Below are positions 1-13,251 of a stretch of DNA of 64,000 nucleotides, one piece after another. How positions within the stretch are numbered: position 1 is the stretch's first letter; each line of letters starts with the position of its first letter. Below the pieces are notes generated by a model. It had not been told where the DNA came from. It did no database searches and saw only the letters and a list, made by a program, of their open reading frames with translations. This DNA is from Phallusia mammillata (taxonomy: Eukaryota). The translations under genes and the position numbers were made by a program. The DNA lies in assembly GCA_965637545.1 (NCBI GenBank), contig OZ281498.1, forward strand, positions 16,368,001 to 16,432,000, given 5' to 3'.

Positions 1-3000
1 TGGTGTTATGGTTCGTATACGTGACAATGACCTAAATGTGATGGACAATGTCAGAGTGGAAGACATGGGCCATAAGTTAGGACTTAATGGTGTTGACAAT
101 GCTAAGCTGTTTTTTGACAATGTTCGAGTCCCAAGAGAAAACCTGTTGAACAGGTAACATGCTGCAATATAATCTTGTGTGGTTACCTGTGGTGAACTTG
201 TAAATTGTTATTTGCAGATACTCGGATGTTGCAGAAGATGGCACTTTTACCACATCAATTAAATCAAACAGAGCAAGATTCCTTACAGTGGCTGACCAAC
301 TTTTGTCAGGTTTGCCATATTTCTAAAATGACATTTGTATCATATGTGCTTCATAGCACATTGCTGTTACATTCAAAGATATTGGGGTAAAAAAAGGTTT
401 ACTAGTGGCATGTTAAAATTTACAAAATGCTCTTAATGCACTTATGTCCACATACTAATCTGACCAAAAAATAGTAACAAGCACTTAAAACACATTCAGG
501 TTAAAGTATGCAAGTTTAACTTTAAAGCAGATCATGTGTTTCTTCATTCAGGCCGCGTCTGCATTGCATCTATGTGCATGGGGGGATCAAAAGCAAGTCT
601 GGCTATTGCACTTAAATATGCTGCCACTCGACTTACTGTTGGGATGCAAGGAAAATCGGACATGGCTATTTTATCTTATCAGGTTTGCTTATGTGTATGT
701 GTAGATACATTTTTGCACAAAACAAATTCAAAAAAATAAGATATTTAGCCAAATCAATTGTTTGTTTTAACAGTTTACTAAAAAAAAACAGAATGTAGAT
801 TTGTAGGGTATATTCCACTAACTATGTAGTAGTAAACTTTATGTGCAATACCAATCAAAGTGGCAACTTACTGCCCATATTTGTCTTTGGTGTAAATCTC
901 AATCTGTTGACAGAAGTTTAGTCTCTTTCTAATATGCTAACTTGACTAAATAAAAGCCACAGTATTTTACAAAATCATTGTAAACCTATGTAGGCATATA
1001 TAAACATTAGTTTTCACATGTACTTTTTTGACATGCCTTATTTCAATCGTCTAAGCCAGGGGTCACCAAACCGGGCCGGATATGTTTAATAATGATTCGC
1101 GCGGGCCCGCATAGTTTACATGCCCTAGCGCCGTCTTTCAAACTTAGCCCGCGAGGCAATTTTTATAGGGGCGCCAAGATATGGTCTTTCTACAATCCCT
1201 TTTCAAATCTGGTGATGCCACTGTTAAACTGTATAGTTAGTCTCATCTTACGAGCAATGCTTGTATATTATGTCACAGGTAACAAGAGATGGCAATTGTT
1301 TGCGCACAATTAACTGTTGTGATGTAACAAACTGGCTTTCGATCAATCCTTGGCATTATAATCCTAATAAACTTTGTAATATTAATTCTACATATCCTGG
1401 CAGGAAAACTTTTGTAAGGAGTGGATTAATTTTTGAATGTTACAAAGTTATCAATACGAGTTGGCAAACCAAAAAATGTGGTCGCAGGCAAGATCTGGCC
1501 CGAAGGCCGTAGTTTGGTTACCCCTGGTCTAAGCCTTTGTATGATATCAGTTGCAGCAACGGGCATTGCTTCCTTTGCTGGCCAGGACTCTTGCTCTGAA
1601 CATCGGTTTAGATTATGTGAAAGATCGATGGGCATTCCAGCCTGAAGATGGCTCACAGCATGCAGAAGTAGTGACACTATGCTGTGTCATTAAACCACTT
1701 GTATCTTGGAATCTGTGTGATGTGGCTTCGATTTGCAGGGAGCGATGTGGTGGACAAGTAAGTATATCTTAAATGAACAATGGCCCAGTAGATGAAATTT
1801 GTTTTTATAGGACTTCCTTCTTTACAGGGTTATTTGTCATGTAATCGATTTGGTGTCTTCCTGGGTCTTGCACATGCAGCCATGACAGCGGAGGGTGACA
1901 ACAGCGTACTGATGCAGGTTTGTTAGTTTTACTTTCTTTTATGGGAACAAGTTACAACTGGTGCATGTTAAATTCACATTCATAAATCCTTAGTTATAGA
2001 TTTAGAGCTAATAGTAAAACTTGCCTTGGCAGTGCTAATAAATACCTTTGTGTTGACTCTAAATAACAAGGTGGTTTTATAAACTACTCAGGTTTTCCTT
2101 TTTGTTTGCTTGTTATGGGTCCCCTTCCCTGAAGGGGACACATATTGTTTTTGTCTATTTTTTTTTTCTTTTTTTCTTTCTAACGCGGATTTGTTCCCAC
2201 GTTTTGGTCAAGAAAGAATGGTTCAAACTTTTTCAAATTTACACACATTATAGATATTGGTCTAAAGATGGTCCATGTGAATTTTGACCCCGTTTGATCC
2301 CTCGGTTCACCCACAGCCCCCCAAAACGTGAAATTTTTAAAACGGCTGTACTTGCTAAAGTACTTCATTTAGGAGTTATATGCTTTGTTGTTTGGTGCAA
2401 TATAAGGTATTTCAAAGAATTTTGTACCTTAAAAAAAGATTTACCCATTTTCACCCCTTAAACCCCAAAATATTCGTTTCTGTCTAACGCTGGTTTGTTA
2501 AATGTGTTTGGTCAAAAAAGAGTGCTTTAAATTTATTCAAATTTGCCCAGATGTTAGTTATTGTTCCGAATTTGATCCTCCTGAAGTTTGACCCCAAACG
2601 ACCCAGCGGTTCACCCACAGGCCCCCAAAACGAAAAAAATTAAAAACGGCTGTACTGACCCAAGTACATAATCTGAGGGTTTCATGCTTTGTTGGTTGGT
2701 GCAATGTAAGCTATTCTAAAGAATTTTGTAACTTTTTATTGGATTCACCCATGTTTACCCCTTAAACCCCAAAATAATAAGTTTTAGGCCAGAAATACAA
2801 GCCCCAATGTGCTGAAATGTTAAACAATTGTTTGCAGTAGGTTATTTAAAAAAATGCCTTAATCGGCCAAATAGTTACTTTTACAGCCCATAATATGTGT
2901 ACACTGTCAGTCAGATAGAAGTCTCAACTCTCAAGGGAGTAATTCACTTGTTTACGATTAAGGCGGGTGAATGCAGTGGGAGTGCTTAGCTTGACGTCCG

Positions 3001-5407
3001 GGCAGACGTTTTACAAGACAGTGGTGTTGGTGATTAGATATCGGCTGTTTTTGCGCAGCTATGCTATGTTGTTTTATTAAGTTATCAAGCACATTTTCAG
3101 TTTTGGAAAATTGTGTTTAAAAACTGACCTTGAACGACAATATCAAGGTCAAAGCATGAGATTAAATTGAAAGTATTTTTCCTGTTCTTATTTACTGTTT
3201 TTTTGTAATTATATGACAATAATGATGCAAAAAGAATCTGGACAAATCTTTTAAAGTTGGGATAAGGCTAAAGTTGGTTAAGTTTTTCCTTAAGAATCTA
3301 AAAATAACCAGGATGTTTGTTTACTATAAATCCGCACAAACGCGCATGTGGGGACCCATTCGTTTTTGCTTGCAAAAACAATCATATGTGTAGATCAAAT
3401 GATGTGTATAGTAAATTGGTAAATATCTAACAATGATTGTGCCCTATTTTTACTGTTACCAAATCGCATATGCATAGGTGTGGGGACCCATTAGATTATG
3501 CTTGCAGAAACAATTATGTTATAAAGTGCCAGGAAAAAGATAGGGACCCAATGAAATGTAGGTGCCAAATATATATCCATTATAAATGTAGTAAATGGTA
3601 TATGTGATACATCGTTAAATATGGTGTAGTACAGGGGTCTCAAACTCAAACTGCTTTAAGGGCCAAAAACAAACTTTTAAGTAAGTCGAGGGCCGCATTA
3701 TCGAAACATTTGTTACAGTGTAACATGCAACAAAAGTATTGCATGATTTAAATCTAAAATGTTCATTTATACCATTAACCACATTAAAAACAACACAATA
3801 AGAAACAGATATATAGTGTAATTAAGCACAAGAACAAACTGTGCTTTATTGCTTTGTGTGAAAACAATGACCTTTAATGACGCAACAATGGAAAAATATG
3901 ATGCAACAATCGAAATTGCTCATTCTAAAGAGGAGCTTTTTAATTTTTTTCTATTAAAACGCTGCATATATACCACTAACAGAAAGTGATTGTATCTTGT
4001 AAACTTACTGATCTGACAGGATATTACGCCTGAGTAAAACACATAACTTCAAAAAGTGACTTCGCGGGCTGCACAAAAACACTTGGAGGACCGCATGCGG
4101 CCCGCGGGCTTTGAGACCCCTGGTGTAGTATAAATAAACTGGCAATATACAGGAAAACCAGTATTCTAGTTTATATTTGTTTTATGCAGAAAGTAGCGAA
4201 GGAAAGACTTGCCGCATTTAAGGACACCAAAACCCTTCAAGCAAATGCTTCTGGTAAGATGCAGAACTTATGTCTGTCTATGAAATGTGTAGCTCTGTGC
4301 TTCAAAACCACAAGTTTTAACCATATTTACTTGCAGACCCATCTGACACCATTTTCCTGCACAATCTTCTGTGTTCTCGTGAGAACCTAAAATTCAAGCA
4401 GCTACAACAGAAACTGGTTGAGGCTGGAAAATCAGGGCTCTTTGATGCTTGGATGCTAAAGGAAAGTGATTTAGTCCAGGTATTTATTTGTGAAATTAAA
4501 CACAGTGCAAAGTTGGCAGTCCTGGGCAAATTGCATGCATGGAAAGAATAGTGTCCAACATTTTTTAACAGTATGTTTCCCTTACCTTCTGTTAGACCTC
4601 TTGTACCCACTATGCATTTTTTGTGTAATTTCGTGGTTGAATATTATTGGTAAAATGGTATTGGTTCATGTCACGAAATAGCCAGTTTATTTAAAACTGC
4701 ACTAATTGATGTTCAACTTAACATGCCCTTTAAATTAAAGACGTTGTCAAACATCTTCAAAGAATGTTTATTGGTGTCTTTTTCAGTCTTCAGCAAAATC
4801 GTTTGGGGAACGCTTGGTCAGCGAACAAATGCTTGCAACAATAGGCAGTGATGAAACAGATGCATCCCTTAAATTGACCCTCAAGTTGGTCCACCATCTA
4901 TATTTGGCAGATGTAGTTGAACGTGATATGGGATGGTTCATTGCAGAAGAACTTATGACTCCACAGCAAGCAAAACAGGTGAAAGGCCCAATTGGATTCT
5001 GTAGCAGTGTATCAATTTCAAAACTTATTTTTATTTAAAAAACGACAAATCAACAGCCTGAGTTTCAACTCAAAATCCTTCTAAAAATCCCTTCTTGTTA
5101 AAATGTCTCTAACCTCTGTTCATATTGCTTAAGTAGCATCTGTTCTTTTTCTGCCTGATAAGAGAACTATATGAGCTACCTGAAAACACAGCATGTGCAA
5201 TGAAGTTTTTATTTAGAAACAGTTTACTATTTGTGCATATATTTGTTTTTTCAGCTTTCAACTGTATCGGCAGATCTTTGCAGGGAAATGGCCCCTATCA
5301 GTTTACAAATTTGTGAGTCATTCAAGATAACAAAGGAAATGTTATCGGCTCCAATTGCACTTGACTGGGTGGACTACAATGTTGGTGACAACCAGGGTGA
5401 AGTGTAA
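1..5407 (+). CDS. Peroxisomal acyl-CoA oxidase family gene, 3' part (5' end lies outside the window). Exons approx. 1-153, 218-309, 552-682, 1551-1757, 1828-1917, 4190-4253, 4337-4478, 4787-4978, 5255-5407
   Basis: GT-AG bounded exons join into [110 protein letters not shown]. These are acyl-CoA oxidase motifs (GVDNA, RERCGGQGY, TAEGDN). Paralog (ACOX3/ACOXL-like) not resolved. Confidence 0.92.
1057..1526. mobile_element. hAT-type MITE
   Basis: TIRs CAGGGGTCACCAAAC / GTTTGGTTACCCCTG; exact 8-bp TSD GTCTAAGC at 1049-1056 and 1527-1534. Confidence 0.9.
2115..3430 (+). mobile_element. Unclassified non-autonomous dispersed element, also present inverted at about 58975-60684
   Basis: Begins ATGGGTCCCC and has GGGACCCAT motifs near the other end (about 3351, 3483, 3544). 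Internal tandem sub-repeats at about 2200-2800. Long stretches are the reverse complement of 58975-60684. Confidence 0.75.
3632..4122. mobile_element. hAT-type MITE
   Basis: TIRs CAGGGGTCTCAAA / TTGAGACCCCTG; exact 8-bp TSD GTGTAGTA at 3624-3631 and 4123-4130. Confidence 0.9.
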
Positions 5408-5421
5408 CCAAGAAGCGACAC

Positions 5422-8400
5422 TCAATCATCCGTGTAGTTCATAGATTTAACAACCACTTTTTTCCTTTTCACATCAGAGCCAGCATCCGGTCCAAGCTGT
5501 GCTCTGTAAATTCAATACATTTTTTGTGCTACCTATGTGACAACTTAAAGCCCAAAAGGGCTAAATTTTGTTGCCCAATACAATTCCAGGGCAATATATA
5601 CACTGTTGGTTCTCTGTATAGCAGTTGGTGCCGAAAACTTTTCCTCACAAATAATATTGTCTTATATGACATTAAAAGTGCTTTAGAAACAATGTGGCAA
5701 AATATTTAATAATCACCTAAAATCAGTTTTATTTGACTGAAATTTCTATACCTAGTATGAAATCTCTCTTTCTGAGGATCCTCACTTATTCCTTTCCCAG
5801 CTAACAAGTATTCCATACCTGTCCTGCAAAAAACATGTTTTACAAAATAATTGATCAATTTTGGTGTCATACAAAGTTGCTCATATGTAAACAAGCATAA
5901 AAGAAAAGTTATTTTATATTACCATGCAATCATTATCCCATTGTCTGAGCACAACTTTGGAGGTGGACATACAAGATTCATGTCAGTGATGTTACATAGA
6001 TTTTGAAGTGCCTTACGGATGTATGAGTTGCACATCACGCCACCAGACGCAACCTGGATAGATTAGTTTGTTTACATGCAAATTTAATTGTTGTTTTTTC
6101 AGTTTCTGTATGACATAAAGATTATTATTTTGTTTGCAAATACATGCTTATGTCTTGCAATGGCTGATTTTTCAAGGGATGGTAATATGTACAGTTAACT
6201 CCTGTTTATTCTTTAAACCAGTCTGTCACTTTATTGCTTAAGTTGAAAACTGACTGTTCAACACAAGGCAAAATTCTAACTTGATGTCGGATGTGATTAA
6301 GTTTTATTGCCAGACAAATGAATATATTAGGATAGTTTATTAATCATATTGCACTATAATTAAAGTTGCGTGGATTTTAAGGTTGTCTTGGACCTTTTGT
6401 CAGTTGGAATTAATTACTGGTCGCTATCAAAAGTGGACAAAAAAGGCTCACAAATAAAATGTAATGCTTCATTATATTATTTGATGCAAACTGGTTTTGT
6501 AGGGGCAAGTAAAAAATTAGGAAAACATTTTAACTGGCAGATTGTTGAAGAATGCACTAATTACCAAACAAAATGTAACCTGAAACACACCAAAGTTGGT
6601 TTTTGATCTGAAAGAAGTTTCTCTTGTTTGGAATAAAGAATTGCACGATGCAACCGTTTCATAATGTGTGAAGTAAGAGTAAACTGAAAGGAAGCAGCAA
6701 TATTCGCATATTCATCCTCTACAAACATGAAATAAACTATGACGTTATTAAAACAAATCCAAATCCACAGTTTACTTACCAGAACTGTGTTTTATCAAAC
6801 GCAGAGTTTGTGTTTGTAGTCCACTAAAAGACATACTGCAGTTTTGAACATTTAGCATGGGAATTTTTAGAGGCATTTGTTTCCTAAAAATATATTTTGG
6901 TTAAGTAATTTGTTGGTTTAGACCAGTGGTTCTCAGCCCGTGGTATGCCCGAGCTTTTAAGATGGTACGCAAGTAGCTTTCCGCTATACCTAATTCAAGT
7001 CAGATCATGAAATGCAATTTATTTTTGGATAAACTCGTGTCTTAAGCTACTCGCATACCATCTAAAATAGGTTTTGGGATAAACTATTTCAGAAAAGCCT
7101 AGTCTAGAAGAACAGACCTCGCCCTTGGTCCACCCATTCAAACAGGATTTAGGTTGTATAAGCAGCGAGAGAAAAATCTTTAGGTGGTAGGCAATCAGTA
7201 TAAGGTTAACAACCATTTTTTTGGACTATATACTATGTTTACCTATCTCCATGTATGGCTAACTTCTCAACATCAGCTCCAGTATTTAGTCGAAACTCTC
7301 CGCTCCGTTCTGCTATTTTCATTTCACGGGCCACTTTATCAAACACTGCCCCAGGTGGTTCATCCAATGAGTATCCAAGTATAAGATGCTGACCTTTATA
7401 GAAAACAAACTACTGCACATTAAAAACTGATGAAAGAAAAACATGTCTTTAGTGTAGAAAATAAGATATATTATATTACTCTTTATTAGGAGAATTTTTT
7501 TTTTAAAATGTTGTGTGAAGAAGCCACTCTTTACTTAACAAAAAAGGACTTAAAAAGTTTTTACATACTGCGCCAAAAAATTATCCAATGTGCAAACATA
7601 AATTACTAAATTGTTTAAAATCAAGTATGAGTACCTAATCCTTGTGTGACACAAATTATGCAGTGACCTCCACTAGCCAGCAGTGTTAAAAATGGAAAGG
7701 GGATGTTTTGGTTTAATCTGGCTGTTAGCAAATGAGATTCCATGTGATGAACTGGAATAAATGGCAATCTGAAACAGAAATCATTCTTGCTTAGTTTTTG
7801 GGTTATTGCTATAAATATCGGTTGTTGCCTATCAAAGGCCCCATAGATCATTTTTACGGAATGAGAAAGTAATAAGGCAAATGACAAGCTACCACACTTA
7901 ATGAGTAAAATCTAATTTGTCTACCTGGTTTCTGCCACCAGCTTTTGAGAAAATTCCAAACCAGCTCGTAAAGAAAAAGGGCTTCCAGGTTTTGTAGCAG
8001 TTGCTATTGCACTAAGATCCTACAAGTAAATAACAACCTTGTTCGACAAAACTTGACAGGATACCATACTACTGACAAACTTGTAATCCAACAAATAAAA
8101 TTAAATGACCTGAAATGAAACTTGGCTTTTTTTCATTACTTCATTCACAATGTTTGGAAGAAGTTTTGCATGAATTTTTTGAGATACCCGTGTGTCAACT
8201 CCTTGGTTACTAAAAATATTACATAAAAACGATTAAGTGCTGTTAAATCTCATTCATGTCAGATTGTAGGCAATAAATAATAATTTTAACTTGCAAAGAC
8301 TGAAATAGTTTGTTGAGTTCCTGAGATGGTCAAGCGACGTTGCTTCAGCCCAGTGAAATCTGGGTTGAATAAAATTTAAGCTCCCAGCTTCCCATATCCA

Positions 8401-9306
8401 AAAAGTTAAACAAAAATAATTTGACCGGCTAGCAATAAAAACAGGCAACTCAGTGACAGACTTATTATGAGAATAATACATTAGGGCATGACTTGCTCAC
8501 TAGGGTTCCTCTATTTCCCGGATTTTTTCATTCCCGGGAATCGGGAAATATTTTTTTTATTGGAAAAAGTGCCTATTTTTGTGTGGATAATTACGTCATT
8601 GCAACCGCTAAGATTAATTTATCTTCGCTAGGGGCATCCAATTAGTCATGATTTTGTCAATTAAAACTATATTTGCAAGCTTTTTTAACGTTAACAAGAT
8701 TCGGAAATTAGGAAAAATACATTTGTTATTTCTAGTACCGCTAGGAAGCGCATTTTCACGAAAATATTTTACCATCTCATAAAAAAACGCTTACTTACTT
8801 TGTCATTAAATTACAAAACGCCATATTTTCGTAACAGCTAGCAGAAATTTGAACATTTACGTTATTTTTTTTTGCAAAATTAACACGTTTTTGCTTAATT
8901 GTCTGTTTCCCGGGAATTCAAAACAAATTTCCCGGGATTCGGGAACATGCCGGTAAATCCCGGGAATTTCCCGTCGAGACATTCCCGGGAAGGAACCCTA
9001 TTGCTCACCATGGATAAAAAAAAAAAAAAAAAAAAACTAAAAATAGTCCGCCATTAGTGAAAGCATTTTTTGCAATTATGGTTTATCAACAGGTGAAACA
9101 GTAGTAGCAAGTTAAAACAGTAGTAGCAAAATACTTTTACATACAACATCTTCTATACTCAGTTTTACTCACACAACATGTTCTTCATCTTGGGTATAGC
9201 ACAACTCACCCAAAACACTTCCATTCTGGTCAACAACTGCTGCAGCAGTGTCATTAAATGTGCTTTCAATTCCCAAGACAAGTTTGTTTATTTTCCGAAG
9301 ATGATT
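5422..9306 (-). CDS. OSGEPL1: Mitochondrial tRNA N6-adenosine threonylcarbamoyltransferase (Qri7/TsaD family). About 10 exons; start-codon exon not identified
   Basis: Spliced translation gives LVLGIESTFNDTAAAVVD / VMKKSQVSFQDLSAIATATKPG / PFIPVHHMESH..LLASGGHC / LDEPPGAVFDKVAR / CSMSFSGLQ / HIMKRLHRAIL / VASGGVMCNSYIR..CPPPKLCSDNGIMIAW / RAQLGPDAG..MNYTDD*. The motif order matches OSGEPL1. Confidence 0.93.
8501..9000. mobile_element. hAT-type MITE with subterminal TTCCCGGGAA repeats
   Basis: TIRs TAGGGTTCC / GGAACCCTA; exact 8-bp TSD TTGCTCAC at 8493-8500 and 9001-9008. Confidence 0.9.
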
Positions 9307-9440
9307 CTGCAAATTTAAAGATATAGCATATCATTTGATTTAGTCTAGTTAACAGTCACATACTCATAAACTAGAGTTAAAATGCCATTTTTTCTTTTGT
9401 CACATGTTATTATATGTACAGTTTTGTTGTTTGTTTACTA

Positions 9441-9928
9441 CAGGGGTTCCCAACCTGTGGTACGCGTACCACTAGTGGTACGCGAAGGGTTTTCAGGTGG
9501 TACGCGAGTAGCTTCTGTTTTGTTTACAAAAACCTCGATTTGCCACTTTATATTTTGTTTGTCTGGCTTCGTTTACAAAAAAACACTCCCCAGGCCTATT
9601 GTCATTGTTACGTAACTATTTATGTTGTTTCGTATCATTACGTTCTTCAAAATACAGGTCATGTCAATTCTCAACAAAAAGCATAGTTGCTATGAAAAGC
9701 CGAACAACGCTGTGGCACAGTGGGCGTTAATTATGTCAAATGATTGCTCATGATAGATATCATCTACTGTTTTGTAGCTTAAGCTAGTGTTGAATAAAAT
9801 ATGATTCGAACAAATTAGTTGTTCTGTAAGAAGTGGTACCAAAGAGCACATTAGTGCTCTATGGTGGTACGCGTGGTAGTGCAGAGCGTCCAAGAGGTAC
9901 GGGATCGTAAAAAGGTTGGGAACCCCTG
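9441..9928. mobile_element. hAT-type MITE
   Basis: TIRs CAGGGGTTCCCAACC / GGTTGGGAACCCCTG; exact 8-bp TSD GTTTACTA at 9433-9440 and 9929-9936. Confidence 0.9.
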
Positions 9929-10604
9929 GTTTACTACATCCAGCTTTAAATAGATTAACGCTCTTCATAGTTAACCTCTGTTTTTATGTCTTTTTAATAC
10001 TACACCAAAACGTTTAGTGTTATGCTATTCTACACGGATAGAAAAAACAATTTATCCGTTTTACTCACTTGTCACTGCCTTAAAGTTAAATTAAAACTGA
10101 ACTGAATAGTAATAGTATTAGTTACTACTTACTAATGATAAACTATTACTTACCGATAAGTAGGTGCAATTTGATAATCTTAGCTTGCATTTTGTAAACA
10201 TTGATCTAGCATCAATGACCCCAGCCCCTGTTTTGTTTGTTTTTTTGCAACCCCGAAACACGTGGTTTATGTTTACAATAACATGTGACGTTTTTAAATT
10301 TGTGCAAAAACATGAGTTAGGGGACAGTGTTTCCCAAAATATTTTTAAGCCCGACTTGTGGAGATTTGAGTTGAGTTGTGTAGGTATTTATTGCTGTGTT
10401 TGAAAAGTCTACTGTTACATCGCCATCGTACATATTATTATGTTTTCTATGTTTCCCGCCAGTAGCCTTAACTCACTTGTACGGCACAATGTTGTGCAAC
10501 CTGGTGACATTGTCTGTCACACATTTGGTGCTTATGATGTCACAACCTTGGCATTGTTTTACTCAAGTCACGTCTTGTAAGCGTGGCTGTCTCGTGTTTA
10601 TTAG

Positions 10605-10930
10605 GGTAGAGCTACTAACACCATACGTTTCTCCTGATCCAAAAGTGCTTAATTTTCGATAGGTGGCGTAAAGAGCTGAATTATTTATTTTGCGGCTGTA
10701 AATGGGTTGGGCTGGGAAATATTTACATAAAATTTTTGCATTAGTAACTAATGTTTTGGGTTAGTTTTATTGAATTTTAAGTAGTAATACCTTACCCCAA
10801 CCCTAATAGCCCTAACCGTTAGCATTTTTTGAGATATACCGTTTTAAATGAAAAAAGTGCTCTTTGCGCCACCTGTCGGAAATTAAGCACTTTTGGATCA
10901 GGAGAAACGTATGGTGTTAGTAGCTCTACC
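10605..10930. mobile_element. Mutator(MuDR)-type MITE
   Basis: About 70-bp near-perfect TIRs (GGTAGAGCTACTAACACCATACGTTTCTCCTGATCCAAAAGTGCTTAAT...); 9-bp TSD GTTTATTAG at 10596-10604 and 10931-10939. Confidence 0.85.
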
Positions 10931-12460
10931 GTTTATTAGCGACTGGATGTTATAGACTATAGAGGAAGCATGGTTTATTTAATTGACTGGTTATGTTTGT
11001 TTCTTTGGTAACGAATAGGAAATTTGTGCTAACTGAACTGTTGCCGGTCGTCCAATGTGTAATTGTGCATTTCTGGCCCACGGATCCCACACCGTCGTCA
11101 GCCAACTTGCTGTTGCTGTAAATAACTGTATTATCCCGGTAAGCTTTGTTGCCTAAAGTCTCACAGTTCGTTACTAATGTGTTTTGGTGATGTTTATTGG
11201 ATTTGATGCTGTATTTGCAGAACCTAAAATCTCCTGATCGATTTGAATGTTACTGTGACTCTGGTCCTATAATAGTTCGGTAAGAGTCAACTGTACTGAT
11301 AATTTCTCGTCTGTTTCCTTAACTAAATTAGTGCATATTTGCAGAAACCGCATTTGCCCTTGTGCTCGTATTGCTGCTGAACCCTTGAGCGCCATCTCTG
11401 TCCTGAATTGCCTTAATAAAAGAATTCGTTATTTTAGCTCTTGGTGCCTTGGAGTTGTTGAGCGCGAGGAAAGGCGCGTTGAGAACCGTTCTAGGAATTT
11501 AAGCGATCGCCCCTGCTGTGCTGTCTGGGCGCATAGAGTCACGCCCTCTACCAATTAAAAGACAGCGCAACATCTACCTTTGGCAATGAAGGCAAAGTGC
11601 GATTGGAAAATGCCCGGCTGCGATAATTGTAAACTAAAAAAAGTTTTTTTTTTGGAAGTTAAACCAAAAAGTTGGTTTTTTGAAACTAACACGATGAATT
11701 TGCTCAAGTGAAATTGCAACGATGAAATAGCCTACCACGATATACACTGCCGCGACAAAATTACCACGTCAAATCATCATGATATAAATGCTGCAAAGAT
11801 ATGCCTATTATGAAACAGGCATTCTTGTTGGACTGGACAACAGGTAAAATGACCGGAAATTATTCTATTCTTGATGCCTTCAGGCCCCATTTTTAAGATT
11901 TAATTTTGTAAGAATTTGTCCGCAAACACAAATCAAAGTTCCTTTTTGTGGCTTAGATAATTCTAATGAAACTTTTATAATACAAATTCCAGCTAGCTTT
12001 GCTGTCGATGATGGAATATATGTGGCAAACTGGCAGGATATGAAAATGTGTCAAAATAGTAATAAAATTAAATAAAGTTTACCAGGCATTTAGGGTAGGG
12101 CCGGAGTAGGCTCTTATAATTAATGAAAGGGTATGTGTATGTGCCGCGTAAACGCTTTTAGGGTGATCCCAGCAGTCGCATCGAATGAATGGTCGAACTG
12201 GCGATCATCTATTACTAAACTGATATGTGTAGCATAATTGCGAAGCAGCCAACCACGTTAAAAATTCAATTTCGGCTGGCTTACCCCACAGCTCTTCTAT
12301 TTTATTTATCGTTAGGCTATTCTAATTTTAGAACTGAACAGGAATACATTATAATATTGCCAGCAGGTAATCCGACGCAAGTGCTACACGAGCTTGATGC
12401 AAATGCAACATTAATTTAATTAATGTATATGTTTATTGTTTTCTTTTGTATCAAATAGAA

Positions 12461-13251
12461 CAGTGGTTCTCAACCGGTGGTACGCGTGGGCTGACACTAG
12501 TGACTAGTGGTAGGCTACGCAACGGCAATCCTGGTGATACGCCAACACCTTTTGATATTTTATACATCCCATATTTTTTTGCACACCAATCGCTTATTCC
12601 GACTTAAAATGTTTGTTACTTAAAAAAATGAGTTGCGTATCACTTGTTATGCTGGTGCAAAATTAGGATGCTATAAATTTATTGTCATCAAATGTTTTGT
12701 CTTTAATTGTTTCGGCATAACTGAAACAAAATAGATTTTGCGCTCACGGACAAACTAGTTTCGAAGGCATAAAAAATTTCTCTTGGTACAATGCCGACGC
12801 TAAAACATCTTTTACAAAATATTGTGTCGAATGTCATTTTGCCTCGCATTAATCGGTTGATGAAAAGCAAGCAGTTGTAGATTGCGCATCAGTGTGCTGT
12901 GCTGTACCTAGTAGCCTACTACATTTCAAGATTCACACTGTAACAAGTGCTTGTGGCACCACACAACTTTTAGTAATTTTTAGTGGTTGCAATGTATATA
13001 TGGCACCAAATGTCTGAATGGATTAAATCAGCGGTTGGGTAACCGCTGGTCCGCGAGAAGTTTGTTACCGAGCCGTTTATTTTTTCGGGTTAAATGCTTT
13101 AAAAACATTTTGCCCTTGTAGGTATGCCGGGGATGATAAACTAATTTTGTCGTTTTCATTGCTGAATATTTGTACTTTTTTGAACGCCGGCCTGCGATAA
13201 GTTTTCAGTTTCAAAAACGGTCCGCAATACAAAAAAGATTGCCGACCCCTG
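12461..13251. mobile_element. Nested or decayed hAT-type MITE fragments
   Basis: CAGTGGTTCTCAACC start with the GGTACGCG subterminal motifs shared with the 9441 element; GCCGACCCCTG end; no matching TSD. Confidence 0.45.
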
